In this document: piece by piece, positions 1 to 10,063 of the stretch | How positions within the stretch are numbered: the first letter of the stretch is position 1 | How the letters are laid out: every line of letters begins with the position of its first letter | Assembly: GCA_965222375.1 (NCBI GenBank) | Contig: CBDCTZ010000012.1 | Coordinates: 128,001-192,000 of the forward strand | From: Polyangiaceae bacterium | GTDB lineage: Bacteria; Myxococcota_A; Polyangia; Polyangiales; Polyangiaceae | Reading direction: 5' to 3' | Length of the DNA: 64,000 nucleotides | The notes under the pieces: model-generated | Database searches by the model: none | What the model was told of the DNA's origin: nothing | The model's input: only the letters and a program-made list of their open reading frames with translations | Made by a program: the position numbers and the translations under genes

Positions 1-2
1 CC

Positions 3-1298
3 GGCGCCATCAGTGACAGCATCGTGCGTCAAGTGATCGAGTCGAAGCGCCCGGTGATCGTCAGCGATGCACTCACAGACACCACCTTCAGTAAAAGCGA
101 AAGTGTCATTGCGCTGAGGCTTTCCAGCGTTATGTGCGTTCCTTTGCTCTCCCAGGGCGAAATCATCGGTGCCATCTACGTTGGAAACGATGAAGTGAAG
201 CATCTTTTTCATCGCGAGCAGCTGGATCTGTTGACGATCTTCGCCGGCCAAGCATCGCTGATTCTCCAGAACGCGATGTTGCTCTCCGCACTGCGCGCCG
301 ACCAAGAGAAGCTGAAGACGGAGCTGTCCGACAAGCGGTTTGGCGGCATCATCGGTGCTTGCGCCAGCATGATGGAAGTGTTCCGAAAGCTCCAAAAGGT
401 CGCTGGCACGGACATCAGCGTTCTGATTACCGGTGAGACCGGCACCGGCAAGGAGCTGATCGCCCGGGAGCTTCACTGGCGTAGCAATCGCGACAAGGGA
501 CCCTTCGTCGTGGTCAATTGCGGCGCCATTCCCGAAAACCTGATGGAGAGCGAGATGTTCGGCCACGTGAAAGGTGCCTTCACGGGGGCTGTGGCCAGCC
601 GTCCGGGCAAGTTCCAGCAAGCCGATGGGGGCACTCTTTTCCTCGACGAGGTTGGGGAGCTGTCGCCCCAGCTGCAAGTTAAGCTGTTGCGAGCGATCCA
701 AGAGCGAGTCGTTCATCGGGTCGGAGACAGCAAGCCCGAGAAGTGCGACATCCGAATCCTGACAGCGACCAATCGCAACTTGGAAGAGATGATCACCACC
801 GGCGAGTTCCGGGAGGATCTTTTCTACCGTTTGAACGTCGTCAACCTGTGGCTGCCGCCCCTGCGCGAGCGTGGTGACGACGTGCTGATCATCGCCAAAG
901 CGTTGCTCAGCAAGTACGCGGATGAACTGAACAGCCCGGTGAAAGGCTTTTCGCCTGCGGCCTTGGCTGCTGTGAAGAAGTTCACCTGGCCGGGCAACAT
1001 TCGGCAACTCGAAAACCGCCTCAAGAAAGCCCTCGTGCTGTGCGACAAGTCGCTGCTGCAGCCCGACGATTTGGACTTGGGGCCGGAAGCCATGGAGCCC
1101 ATCGTGCCCCTCGAGAAAGCGAAAGAGGATTTTCAGCGGCGCTACGTCCTCGACGTGCTCGAACGAAACAACGGCAACCGCACCCAGACCGCACGCGACC
1201 TGGGCGTCGATCCTCGAACGATCTTTCGCTATCTCGAAAAAGAGCAAAACCCGATGCCGAGCGGCGCGGGCGGCACATCGGGCGAAAAGGGCGAGTGA
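3..1298 (+). CDS. Sigma54-dependent enhancer-binding protein (GAF + AAA+ + Fis HTH), 5'-truncated by the window edge
   Basis: GETGTGKE Walker A, GAFTGA loop, LFLDEVGE Walker B, WPGNIRQL and a C-terminal HTH ([18 protein letters not shown]). GAF-like N-terminus ([18 protein letters not shown]). The frame is open to position 3. Confidence 0.95.
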   Translation, partial: GAISDSIVRQVIESKRPVIVSDALTDTTFSKSESVIALRLSSVMCVPLLSQGEIIGAIYVGNDEVKHLFHREQLDLLTIFAGQASLILQNAMLLSALRADQEKLKTELSDKRFGGIIGACASMMEVFRKLQKVAGTDISVLITGETGTGKELIARELHWRSNRDKGPFVVVNCGAIPENLMESEMFGHVKGAFTGAVASRPGKFQQADGGTLFLDEVGELSPQLQVKLLRAIQERVVHRVGDSKPEKCDIRILTATNRNLEEMITTGEFREDLFYRLNVVNLWLPPLRERGDDVLIIAKALLSKYADELNSPVKGFSPAALAAVKKFTWPGNIRQLENRLKKALVLCDKSLLQPDDLDLGPEAMEPIVPLEKAKEDFQRRYVLDVLERNNGNRTQTARDLGVDPRTIFRYLEKEQNPMPSGAGGTSGEKGE

Positions 1299-1310
1299 GC
1301 CGGAGCTGGG

Positions 1311-2129
1311 TTAGACGATCCGAGTCTGGCCACTTGCGCCGCAGATCAAGCAAGCGGGTTCTTGCACGCTGTCGTCGCTGGCAACCGCAATAGGCCAGGC
1401 ATAGGCAGCATGGCGCTCGGAGACGACTGATTGCAGTCGGGCGATCCGGGCCAGGTAGTGCTGGGCGCGTTCGAGGGCCTTGCCTGCGCGATGGCCTCGG
1501 ATTTGTGATTTCTCACCGCTGCCTCGATAGGCATCGGCGGACTGGAAGTCCTGCTCCAAATCGACCAACAGTGCACTCGGAATACTGGTCGACTCGGCAA
1601 TGAAACGCCGAATTCTCGAATGCATCGCGAAGGGCACTTCGGGCACGAAGATGTGCGCAAAGGACCGGGCGCGATCCTCGATGTACTCCACAGTCAGGCG
1701 CACGGCCAATCCCGAGCCCCCGCAGGCGTCGCAGTTGCGATAGCCATCGGTACAGGCGGGACAGGATCGAAGGTTGTCGCCTATGGTCACTATGCCTCGG
1801 CCCCCGCAGATGGTGCACAGCTGCTTGCCGCGCTCCAGCCAGCAGCTGGAGCAATCAACGGTGGGTTGAGCCCGGAACTTCTCGGGCACCCGGCGGGAGT
1901 TTCGTGGCCCCGCTGCCTCGAGATCGGGCTCTCGCACTCGAGCGCCCAGCAGAGCTTCGTATCCACTCTCGGAAACTTCGATCTTGTCCCGAAAACTCCG
2001 TCGCTCGACGACTCGCCCGGCGATCGCCAGACAGACCCAGCGTTGCAGGGGCGCATCCTGCAGGTTGCGGGTTGCCAGTTCCTGCCTGACACTGGCGGCA
2101 TTGGGGATGTAGTCGTCGAAGGCGTTCAA
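1311..2129 (-). CDS. Hypothetical protein with DnaJ-type CxxCxGxG zinc-finger repeats
   Basis: CSSC, CTICGGRG, CPAC and CDACGGSG motifs. No J-domain HPD motif. Start codon uncertain. Confidence 0.65.
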   Translation of the reverse strand: MNAFDDYIPNAASVRQELATRNLQDAPLQRWVCLAIAGRVVERRSFRDKIEVSESGYEALLGARVREPDLEAAGPRNSRRVPEKFRAQPTVDCSSCWLERGKQLCTICGGRGIVTIGDNLRSCPACTDGYRNCDACGGSGLAVRLTVEYIEDRARSFAHIFVPEVPFAMHSRIRRFIAESTSIPSALLVDLEQDFQSADAYRGSGEKSQIRGHRAGKALERAQHYLARIARLQSVVSERHAAYAWPIAVASDDSVQEPACLICGASGQTRIV

Positions 2130-2157
2130 CCTTCACGCAGCATACGCCAAATAGAGG

Positions 2158-2604
2158 CTAGCGTGGCGCCGGCGCGGGTGTTTCGTCCAGGGCGTCGACC
2201 AAGGGATAGAGCTCTTCGTTCTCTCGGGTCATTCGTTGGCCCAAGCGCTGCAGCAGTTCCACCGTTTCCCGGGCAAAGCGCTTGGGGTCCTCTCGCACCG
2301 CTTCCGCGGAGCGCCAGTTTTCGCTGAAGCGCGCGAAGACCTCGTACAGCTCTCCGACCTCCAAGTACAACGCCTGGGCCTGCTCCCGTACGGCGGCGCT
2401 TTCGCTTTCCAGCAGCCGGGGATAGAGGGCTGCGTTTTCCATCGCGGCATGGACTTTTAGCTTACCGGTGAAGCGCGCCAACCGGAGGCATGCCTCTTCG
2501 GGGCGCTCCAACAACACGTCCTGTCCCAGGCTTCGCATGAGCTTCCCGGCCAAGCTGACCAACTCCCTGTGTTGCCTTCGAAACCGCTCCGTTGGGCGTT
2601 CCAT
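2158..2604 (-). CDS. Hemerythrin (HHE cation-binding) domain protein
   Basis: Helical protein with QHREL, VHAAMENAALYP and ENEELYP motifs. Confidence 0.8.
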   Translation of the reverse strand: MERPTERFRRQHRELVSLAGKLMRSLGQDVLLERPEEACLRLARFTGKLKVHAAMENAALYPRLLESESAAVREQAQALYLEVGELYEVFARFSENWRSAEAVREDPKRFARETVELLQRLGQRMTRENEELYPLVDALDETPAPAPR

Positions 2605-2688
2605 GCCCCCTTGCTACGCGCCAGCCGCGGCTTCGGATCGTGACGATCCTCAGTTTTCCCCGGTTGCGGTGATGAGTAGGATGGGCCC

Positions 2689-3852
2689 ATGTCCTGGAGA
2701 TGGCATGCTGCTTTGGGTGTATTGGCCGTGTTTTTTGCAGCTGGCTGCGGGACCCGGGGAGCTGGGGCGCCTCCACCCGTGACCGAGGCTGCGCCGCCGG
2801 GGCCCGCCGCGCCCCAGCAAGCGCCCCCTCCCGTCGCCGCCGACCCTGAGCCACCCAAAGTCCCGGACGAGGCAAAACTCCGAACCGACGATGAGCGAAA
2901 TACCGTCGACGTGTTCACGCAGTCTGCGGCCAGTACCGTGTTCGTGACCCAAAAGCGGGTAGTCGTCGACTATCTCGCGGGTCGGGCTGTCGAGGTGCCT
3001 TCGGGAGCTGGTTCGGGGTTCGTTTGGGACAACCAGGGGCACATCGTTACCAATTTCCACGTCATCACTAAGGCTCGCAACATCATGGTGACGTTGCAGA
3101 ACCAAAAGGCTCTGCCGGCGAAGCTCGTGGGCGCGGAACCCCGCAAAGACATCGCAGTTTTGAAAATCGTAGTCCCCAAAGACAAACTCACACCCGTCCG
3201 TTTGCCTCCGAATGGTCATGCTCTGCAGGTGGGACAAAAAGTGCTCGCCATCGGCAACCCCTTTGCGCTCGACCACACCTTGACCACCGGCGTCGTCAGC
3301 GCTCTCGGGCGTGAGGTCAACGGAATTGGCCGCGTGACGATTCGCGACATGATTCAAACCGACGCTGCCATCAACCCCGGCAATTCAGGCGGGCCACTGC
3401 TGGACAGTTCTGGTCGCCTCATCGGCATGAACACGATGATCCTGTCCAAAAGTGGCGCGTCCGCGGGGATTGGCTTCGCCGTGCCCGTGGACACCATCCG
3501 TCGGATTGTGCCCCAGCTGATCAAGAACGGGAAAGTGGAGCAGGTTGGGTTGGGCGTGCGTATCGATCCCCTGCGGCGCCTCGAGCGACGCTTTGGTATC
3601 AAGGGTGTCGTGGTTCTCGGCGTGATCGAAGGAACGCCCGCCGCCCGCGCGGGGTTGCGTGGTCTGCGCCAGACGCCCGAAGGGTTGGGTCTCGGGGATG
3701 TCTTGATTGGCTTGGACTCCGAGCGAATCAAGAACTACGACGATCTATACAACGCCTTGGACAAGCGAAAGGCGGGTGAGAAGGTGCAGGTCCGGGTGCT
3801 AAGAGGTAGGCGAAGCTTCTTGGTTCCCATGGAGCTCGTCGTGGTTCCGTAG
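2689..3852 (+). CDS. HtrA/DegP-like trypsin serine protease with PDZ domain, probable lipoprotein
   Basis: Catalytic triad motifs VTNFHV, DIAVL and TDAAINPGNSGGPL; C-terminal PDZ; lipobox-like AAGC. Confidence 0.93.
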   Translation: MSWRWHAALGVLAVFFAAGCGTRGAGAPPPVTEAAPPGPAAPQQAPPPVAADPEPPKVPDEAKLRTDDERNTVDVFTQSAASTVFVTQKRVVVDYLAGRAVEVPSGAGSGFVWDNQGHIVTNFHVITKARNIMVTLQNQKALPAKLVGAEPRKDIAVLKIVVPKDKLTPVRLPPNGHALQVGQKVLAIGNPFALDHTLTTGVVSALGREVNGIGRVTIRDMIQTDAAINPGNSGGPLLDSSGRLIGMNTMILSKSGASAGIGFAVPVDTIRRIVPQLIKNGKVEQVGLGVRIDPLRRLERRFGIKGVVVLGVIEGTPAARAGLRGLRQTPEGLGLGDVLIGLDSERIKNYDDLYNALDKRKAGEKVQVRVLRGRRSFLVPMELVVVP

Positions 3853-3958
3853 GCCGAAACCCCTGCATCTTTTCGCCGAGCTGGCGCCGGCGAATTCAGG
3901 CCACCGAAAAGCCGGGTCCTGCGTGCATCGCGGCGGGCCACTGATCTAGGATGCCGCC

Positions 3959-5326
3959 ATGCCTATTCTGGAATCCGTCACGGACGCTGTTGGCCAGACC
4001 CCCATGGTCAGGTTGAGTCGGATTGGTCGCGACCTGCCTTGCGAACTCGTTGGCAAGCTGGAATTCATGAACCCCGGCGGCAGCGTCAAAGATCGCATCG
4101 GCGTACGCATGCTGCTCGAAGCCGAGCAGAGCGGACGGATCCAGCCTGGGGATACGCTGATCGAACCCACCAGCGGAAACACGGGGATTGGGCTTGCCCT
4201 GGCGGCTGCGGTCAAAGGCTATCGGATGATCATCACGATGCCCGAGAAGATGAGTCGGGAGAAGCAAGTCGTGTTGGAGGCTTTGGGCGCGGAGATCATT
4301 CGCACGCCGACGGAAGCGGCTTGGGACGCGCCGGAGAGCCACATTGGAGTCGCCAAACGCCTTCAAGAAATCATCCCGCGATCCCACATTCTCGATCAGT
4401 ACAGCAACCCCGATAACCCTGCGGCGCACGAGAAGGGCACTGGTCAGGAGATCATTGAGCAGTGTGAGGAGCGGTTGGACGCCTGCGTGATGACGGCTGG
4501 GACCGGCGGTACGATTTCCGGCGTCGCGCGGGCAATCAAGAGCAAGTTGCCGAAGTGCCAGATTGTTGGCGTGGATCCCGAGGGAAGTATCTTGGCCGGT
4601 CCGTCAGAAATCAGGAGCTACAAGGTCGAGGGCATCGGATACGATTTCATCCCTGACGTGCTCGATCGCAAGTTGGTCGACCGATGGATCAAGAGCAATG
4701 ATCGGGATTCGTTTCGAGTGGCTCGGCAGCTGATACGCCAGGAAGGGCTGCTATGCGGTGGGTCCAGTGGCGCGGCAGTTTGGGCGGCGATGCAGATCGC
4801 CAAAGAACTTCCGGCGGGTTCGCGGGTCGTCACGATCTTGCCGGACTCCATTCGAAACTATCTGACCAAGTTCGTGGATGACGCCTGGATGCGGCAGCAT
4901 GGGTTTTCGGAGTCGGACTGGGAGCTGGGGACGATCGGGGACATCGTGCGGACTCTTCCTGAAAAGGCTGTCATCACGATCGAGGATGACCGCACCCTCG
5001 CGGATGCGGTTGACATGTTCAAGGCTCACGGTATTTCGCAAATGCCTTGCACGAGCAGCGGGCGCCTCAGTGGGGTCCTGACCGAAACAGACGTCTTGGA
5101 AATGCTCGTTCACGGCAGGCGCCGCGACACCAAGCTGGCGGAGATCATGGTGCGCAAGGTGTCGACGGTAACGGCCCACGAAAACACCAGTGCTTTGCCT
5201 ACGATCTTCGAACGTGGAGAGGTCGCGATCCTGGTGGACGCGGACAGAAAGGTTCAGGCGATACTCACCAAGATGGACCTGATCGACTACCTGTCTGCGC
5301 GAGCTCGCCTTGCGTCAGCCCGGTGA
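3959..5326 (+). CDS. cbs: Cystathionine beta-synthase with C-terminal CBS (Bateman) pair
   Basis: PLP lysine motif NPGGSVKDRIG, EPTSGNTGIGLA, GTGGT, YKVEGIGYDFIP; C-terminal CBS domains. Confidence 0.92.
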   Translation: MPILESVTDAVGQTPMVRLSRIGRDLPCELVGKLEFMNPGGSVKDRIGVRMLLEAEQSGRIQPGDTLIEPTSGNTGIGLALAAAVKGYRMIITMPEKMSREKQVVLEALGAEIIRTPTEAAWDAPESHIGVAKRLQEIIPRSHILDQYSNPDNPAAHEKGTGQEIIEQCEERLDACVMTAGTGGTISGVARAIKSKLPKCQIVGVDPEGSILAGPSEIRSYKVEGIGYDFIPDVLDRKLVDRWIKSNDRDSFRVARQLIRQEGLLCGGSSGAAVWAAMQIAKELPAGSRVVTILPDSIRNYLTKFVDDAWMRQHGFSESDWELGTIGDIVRTLPEKAVITIEDDRTLADAVDMFKAHGISQMPCTSSGRLSGVLTETDVLEMLVHGRRRDTKLAEIMVRKVSTVTAHENTSALPTIFERGEVAILVDADRKVQAILTKMDLIDYLSARARLASAR

Positions 5327-7229
5327 CCCGCACGCCGGCGAGTCCGTTCGTTTCTGGCTCGCGCCGAGCGCGGCGGCGCTAGCGCTTCTGCTGCCTGCTT
5401 TGTTGTGGTCAAGTCTCGACGTCCATGACGATGCTTTCGATGAGCTCCTGGCTGTCGAGGCCGAGGAACTCGTCGTCAATCCGAAGCACCCCGGTGGGGA
5501 GGTCGTGCTGCACGGGCTGTACGTGTTGGCGAAAGCCCTGGGCTACACCGGCCGAGCGGCTGCCGTGGCGCAAATACAGAACGCGGTGTGGCTTTGCGTG
5601 GCCATCTTCTTCGTCACGGCCCTGGGCCAGAAGCTGACTCGTTCGCCGGTCGTACCCCTTCTGGGAGCCGCATGGTTGGGGTTCACGTTCTCGGGGATGC
5701 ATTTTCGCCACGACCCATACCTCTTCTATTGGCCGCAAGGGCTGGCGGTATTCGCTTTCGCGGCGTACGTGCTTCTCCGGGGGCGCGCGTCCCGTCCTCA
5801 CCCGGTGGTTGGAGCGTTGTTGGCTGTCGCAGTCGCGATCAACCCCATGCTCTTGCTACCATCGATTGCTCTGGCGGTGAGCATGGTGATTGATAGCCCG
5901 CGCCTGAGCTCGCGTCGAACCTTCACAGGGCTCTCCCTGCCACCCTTGGTGGTCGCCGCGCTGGTTTTGGGCAGCATGCGGTTGCAGCTCGGCGGAGCCC
6001 GGGTCTACGGAAGTTGGCCGGAGGATTCCGCGTTGCGAATGGGCAGTGGACTATGGGCCAGCGTGTCTGCGGTGGAGTTTCAGGCTTCAGAGGGCTTCGG
6101 ACTGTTTCCAGCTAGCGTAGTCTTGCTGGCGGCGCTGGTGACGGGGCTCGCTCTGCGGCTTGCCCTGATGCGGCGCAAGCCTGCCCCCATCGTCTTCGTC
6201 CTGGCTTCTGCTGCGCACACGGTTTTCGTCGTCTGGTGGGATGTCGGACAGCTGCATTTCTATTACCTCGTGGTCATGCTTCTGTGGATCGCGGCGCTGC
6301 TAGCTCTGCCTGAAACTACGACACGGTTTCGGCCCTTTTTTCTCGGGGTGGTAGGCCTGGCCGCAGTGGGTGCGGTCGTGACCAATCATGCTTCGTACTT
6401 GCGGCCGGCGCGGAGCGCGGAAAACGACGTGCAGCTGCGCTTGAGCAAGCAGCCTTTCAACCAAGGCGATATGCTCGTGACCGAATCCGCTCCGTGGATC
6501 GCTTTGGAGTACTTCCACCGAATTCGCAGTGTGGGCTGGGCTAGCCTGGCCGTGGACTACACCCCGGCGTGGCAACCCTTCACGCAATTCGCCGCCATTC
6601 AGCAGGCTCAGGCTGAGGCGGGCCAGCGGCTCTTCGTTGAAGTCGATGAGACGGGGCAAGTGCTGGTCCCGGTAGACTTGATGCCTGGCTCTGGTCCGCT
6701 GATTACGGCGCCGGAGCTGCTTCGGATCTCGTTTGGCCAGCGGCTGCAGCTCGACGGGCGCTGGTTCGCTCAGGTCACAGACCTCAGCGAGGCGCCACCC
6801 TGCGCTGGGGATTTCCCAGAGTCACGTGGAGGCATCGGTTTTCGGGCTTCGGGCTATTCCGAGGAAGGCCTCAATACTTGGTATGCGCCCGCAAATGCGT
6901 TGGACGACAACGAGAGTTCTGAATGGATCGCGCGAGAAGGAGGGGCGGCGACCCTCGAGATCAAGTTCTCCCCCGCCCGGCGCCTCGCGAGAATCCGGGT
7001 GTTGAACGCCCGCAACAAACCCCATCGAGATCGAGCCACGCAGAGCTACGCTCTGACCGTGTACGAAGAGGGCGGGGCCAAGCAATCCGTGGAAGGGCGT
7101 TTCCCAGAACCGACCGACGCTCGTCAAGAGAACGTCCACTCTCTGGGTGGCCGTGTCTATTGCTTGCGGTTGAAGCTCACGACTCGTTTCGGCTTGAGCG
7201 CGGGCGTGGCGGAACTGTCCTGGGAGTGA
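5310..7229 (+). CDS. Polytopic membrane protein (GT-C/PMT-like) with C-terminal discoidin/F5-8-type domain
   Basis: About 10 hydrophobic segments; N-terminal DD..D and HPG motifs; C-terminal YAPANALDD..SEW..LEIKF..RIRVLN pattern. TTG start is uncertain. Confidence 0.6.
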   Translation: MRQPGDPHAGESVRFWLAPSAAALALLLPALLWSSLDVHDDAFDELLAVEAEELVVNPKHPGGEVVLHGLYVLAKALGYTGRAAAVAQIQNAVWLCVAIFFVTALGQKLTRSPVVPLLGAAWLGFTFSGMHFRHDPYLFYWPQGLAVFAFAAYVLLRGRASRPHPVVGALLAVAVAINPMLLLPSIALAVSMVIDSPRLSSRRTFTGLSLPPLVVAALVLGSMRLQLGGARVYGSWPEDSALRMGSGLWASVSAVEFQASEGFGLFPASVVLLAALVTGLALRLALMRRKPAPIVFVLASAAHTVFVVWWDVGQLHFYYLVVMLLWIAALLALPETTTRFRPFFLGVVGLAAVGAVVTNHASYLRPARSAENDVQLRLSKQPFNQGDMLVTESAPWIALEYFHRIRSVGWASLAVDYTPAWQPFTQFAAIQQAQAEAGQRLFVEVDETGQVLVPVDLMPGSGPLITAPELLRISFGQRLQLDGRWFAQVTDLSEAPPCAGDFPESRGGIGFRASGYSEEGLNTWYAPANALDDNESSEWIAREGGAATLEIKFSPARRLARIRVLNARNKPHRDRATQSYALTVYEEGGAKQSVEGRFPEPTDARQENVHSLGGRVYCLRLKLTTRFGLSAGVAELSWE

Positions 7230-9046
7230 GTCGTGGCCTCCCCCGGCAACAATTGGCGGAGCCACCAGGCCTGGCCGAGCGTGCGTTTTTCGGCGCGGTC
7301 CAGGGTAGTGACTACCCGCGTCACGATGTAGTTCGCGAGCACCACCAAGAGCGTGCCACCCACGAGAAACAGCACCTCGGTCATTGCTGGCGGCAGGTCC
7401 ACGGCAAAGGGTTTGATGACCACATGACCATCCTCGAAAACATAGGAGCGGGGCACAAGGCCAGCGGCCTGTAACGCGATGGGGACTACCACAGCCAGCG
7501 GCGCGAGCACTTGGGTTGCGATCTGAACCGGTTGGTTGCCGCGAAAGGCGATTAGGTAGGTCACGGCAGTCGCGACGGCCAGGCTAGGCACCAAGAGGTA
7601 GGGACCAGCAAATACACTCAGCGCGCTTACGCTCGTGAAGGATAGAACGAGGGCGATCCAGGTTAGCGGCGCCGAGAAGTGACCCTTGCGATCGACCCAG
7701 AGGTTGACTGCGACCAGCAACGCGGGCCCGGAAACCAAGAAAGCCAACGCGGGCAAGCTCCGAACGCCCATGATGAGGGCCAAGGGGATCAGGGCCAGCC
7801 ACGCTGCATACACGAAGATCGACGCCCGCGCGGATTCCCGCGCGGCCTCGTCCCGTTGGTGGTCCAGCTCCTCCTGCGCGCCGTTGGGCAGCTCCTGGGA
7901 TTTGCCCGCGAGCAAGGCGCGCAGAGTCTCGAGAGCGTCGGTGCGGGTCGGGTCCAAAGCGAGTGCTCGGCCCAACTCGGCTACTGCTGCGGCGTGGTGC
8001 TGTTCATCGCCCGTGCTACCCGGCGGACTGATGGAGAGCCGCGCCCGCGCGCTCTGCACGTGCTCCCCGGCTGCGGTGCGGAACCGCTCTGCGTTGGTCT
8101 CGCCCTCGAGGTATGCCAGCAGTTGTTCGTGAAACTCTCGGGCTGTGGGGCGATCTCGGAAGTAGCGACTCGTTGCGGCGATGCACAGCTCAGCCAACGG
8201 GGCGGGCACGTCACCCGCAGCGGAGAGCCGCTCTGGCAGGTCATCACCTTTGGCAACTTGCTCGACGACGTTTTTTTCATCGCCCTCCCGAAGCAGCTCT
8301 CCAGTCAGTACCTCGAACAACAAGATGCCCAGGGCAAACACATCCACCCCCGGCCCAACGCTCTCTCCCCCTGCTAGCTGCTCCGGGGCCATGTACTCCA
8401 AGGTGCCGACCACCCGGTCGCTGTGGGATTGCACTTTGGCGCTTATCTGGACCGCGCTGTGACGCTCGCTCCCTGGGTCGAAGACTTTGGCGACGCCCCA
8501 ATCGAGCACGTACACCTCACCGTAGTCCCCCAAGATCACGTTTTCGGGTTTCAGATCACGGTGCACGACGCCCCGTTCGTGCGCGTACTGCAGCGTGAGG
8601 CTCACGCTGTCCAGGGCCGCAAGCAGCTGACGCTGGCTGTAGGTTTCCTCGCCTCGCACTCTCTTTTGAACGACCTCGGCCAGGGTTTGCCCCTCGACGT
8701 GGCGCATGGTGAAGTACACTCCCCCCGAATCGCAGGCGGCGAAGTCGTAGATCGGCACGATTCCCGGGTGTTGCAGGGCGGCCTGCACCTGAGCTTCGCG
8801 GATGAATCGCAGCTTTCGGCGCTGAACGCCTGCATGGGTGGGTTTGAGCTCTTTGATCGCGACATTCCGACCCAACGTGCGGTCGTGATACAGCCAAACG
8901 TCGCCCATGCCGCCCGATGCCACGAAGCCCTCTAGGTCGTAGCGTTTTGGGTAGGCGCATTTGCTGCGCGTGGCCTCCACATGCTCCTCTCCCGTGGCAG
9001 TAAGCGTCTTCGCGGTGCGCTCGGGTTTGTGGCTGGGTCGGGGCAT
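7157..9046 (-). CDS. Hanks-type Ser/Thr protein kinase with C-terminal transmembrane region
   Basis: SGGMGDV, VAIK, HRDLKPEN, DWG, GTLEYMAPE, DVFALG; about 6 TM helices at the C-terminus. ATG at 9046 chosen; the ORF extends to 9073. Confidence 0.93.
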   Translation of the reverse strand: MPRPSHKPERTAKTLTATGEEHVEATRSKCAYPKRYDLEGFVASGGMGDVWLYHDRTLGRNVAIKELKPTHAGVQRRKLRFIREAQVQAALQHPGIVPIYDFAACDSGGVYFTMRHVEGQTLAEVVQKRVRGEETYSQRQLLAALDSVSLTLQYAHERGVVHRDLKPENVILGDYGEVYVLDWGVAKVFDPGSERHSAVQISAKVQSHSDRVVGTLEYMAPEQLAGGESVGPGVDVFALGILLFEVLTGELLREGDEKNVVEQVAKGDDLPERLSAAGDVPAPLAELCIAATSRYFRDRPTAREFHEQLLAYLEGETNAERFRTAAGEHVQSARARLSISPPGSTGDEQHHAAAVAELGRALALDPTRTDALETLRALLAGKSQELPNGAQEELDHQRDEAARESARASIFVYAAWLALIPLALIMGVRSLPALAFLVSGPALLVAVNLWVDRKGHFSAPLTWIALVLSFTSVSALSVFAGPYLLVPSLAVATAVTYLIAFRGNQPVQIATQVLAPLAVVVPIALQAAGLVPRSYVFEDGHVVIKPFAVDLPPAMTEVLFLVGGTLLVVLANYIVTRVVTTLDRAEKRTLGQAWWLRQLLPGEATTHSQDSSATPALKPKRVVSFNRKQ

Positions 9047-9207
9047 GGTTATGCCAGGGGAGAAAACGGTCACTCCGCCGGATCCTTAAACAAATTGCGA
9101 TGTGGAACGATGTGCGCAGATGTGGTCTTCGCGGGCTCGGTCCGCAGGACTTGCGTGAGCATGGACACGCGGCGTGTTGCGAGCGCGGCGGCACGCAAGT
9201 CGAGGCG

Positions 9208-9903
9208 CTAGCCGCCGCAAGCTCTGGACGGGCTGCGGGCGGCCTCCAGGCTCAGTTCGACGTCGACTTCGTCGGCTAGGACCCACTCATATGGCAGCCC
9301 CGGCTCGATGCCGAAATCGTGACGGTCGACCCCGAACGCCGTCGCAGCACGCAGACGCTGTTTGTCCTTGCGGCCGCTGGCGGAAACGCGCAGGTGCTGG
9401 GTCACGCCCCTCAGAGTCAAATCCCCAACTAGCACCAGCTCGCCACGACGCTCTGTCACCCGGGTCGATTCGAAGCGCGCGGTGGGGAACTCCTTGACGT
9501 GCAGGAACCTCTCCGAACGAACTAGATCGGTCATCCACTGGGTCGCGCCACGCGCGCTGGCCAGGTCGACGGTCAAGCTGAGGCGTTTGGGCCGGTTGGT
9601 CGCTTCCGACAGCCACACTTCTCCAGAGAAGTCCACGATCGTGATCACGTGGCGGGTGCCCATGGCGAAGGCTACAGCTGCGACTGAAGACGCTTCTTTG
9701 TCGATGCAGTAACGGACCAGCGCTTCGGTTCGGGTCGTTGGCTGAGGGGGCTCCGTCGCTGCTGGGGTCGCTAGAGGAGCGCCGCCACAGGAGGAAGCCA
9801 GCACTGCCCAACTCACCAGAGCCCAGCGCCAGGCTGGCCGTGCCATTCCAGTTCGAAATCGTGTTCCAGGCCGGCAGAGCGATGCTCCGTGTCTGCGTGT
9901 CAC
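9208..9903 (-). CDS. YceI family protein (lipid/polyisoprenoid-binding), probable lipoprotein
   Basis: FLHVKEFPTARFEST, GDLTLRGVT, VDRHDFGI; lipobox-like LASSC. The true start may be the internal ATG (MARPAW). Confidence 0.85.
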   Translation of the reverse strand: MTRRHGASLCRPGTRFRTGMARPAWRWALVSWAVLASSCGGAPLATPAATEPPQPTTRTEALVRYCIDKEASSVAAVAFAMGTRHVITIVDFSGEVWLSEATNRPKRLSLTVDLASARGATQWMTDLVRSERFLHVKEFPTARFESTRVTERRGELVLVGDLTLRGVTQHLRVSASGRKDKQRLRAATAFGVDRHDFGIEPGLPYEWVLADEVDVELSLEAARSPSRACGG

Positions 9904-10063
9904 GCGAGCGCCTGGGCGACGAGCGGATCGCTATGATCCTGGGCCATGGCGTCGACTATAGCCCGAGAAGCCCACCAGCTCGCGGACAACCGCCGAGGGG
10001 TGCGTCGCCAGATGCCCGCAAAGCCTTGGTTGGCTCAAGGCGTGAGCTCCTAGACCGTTCTTT

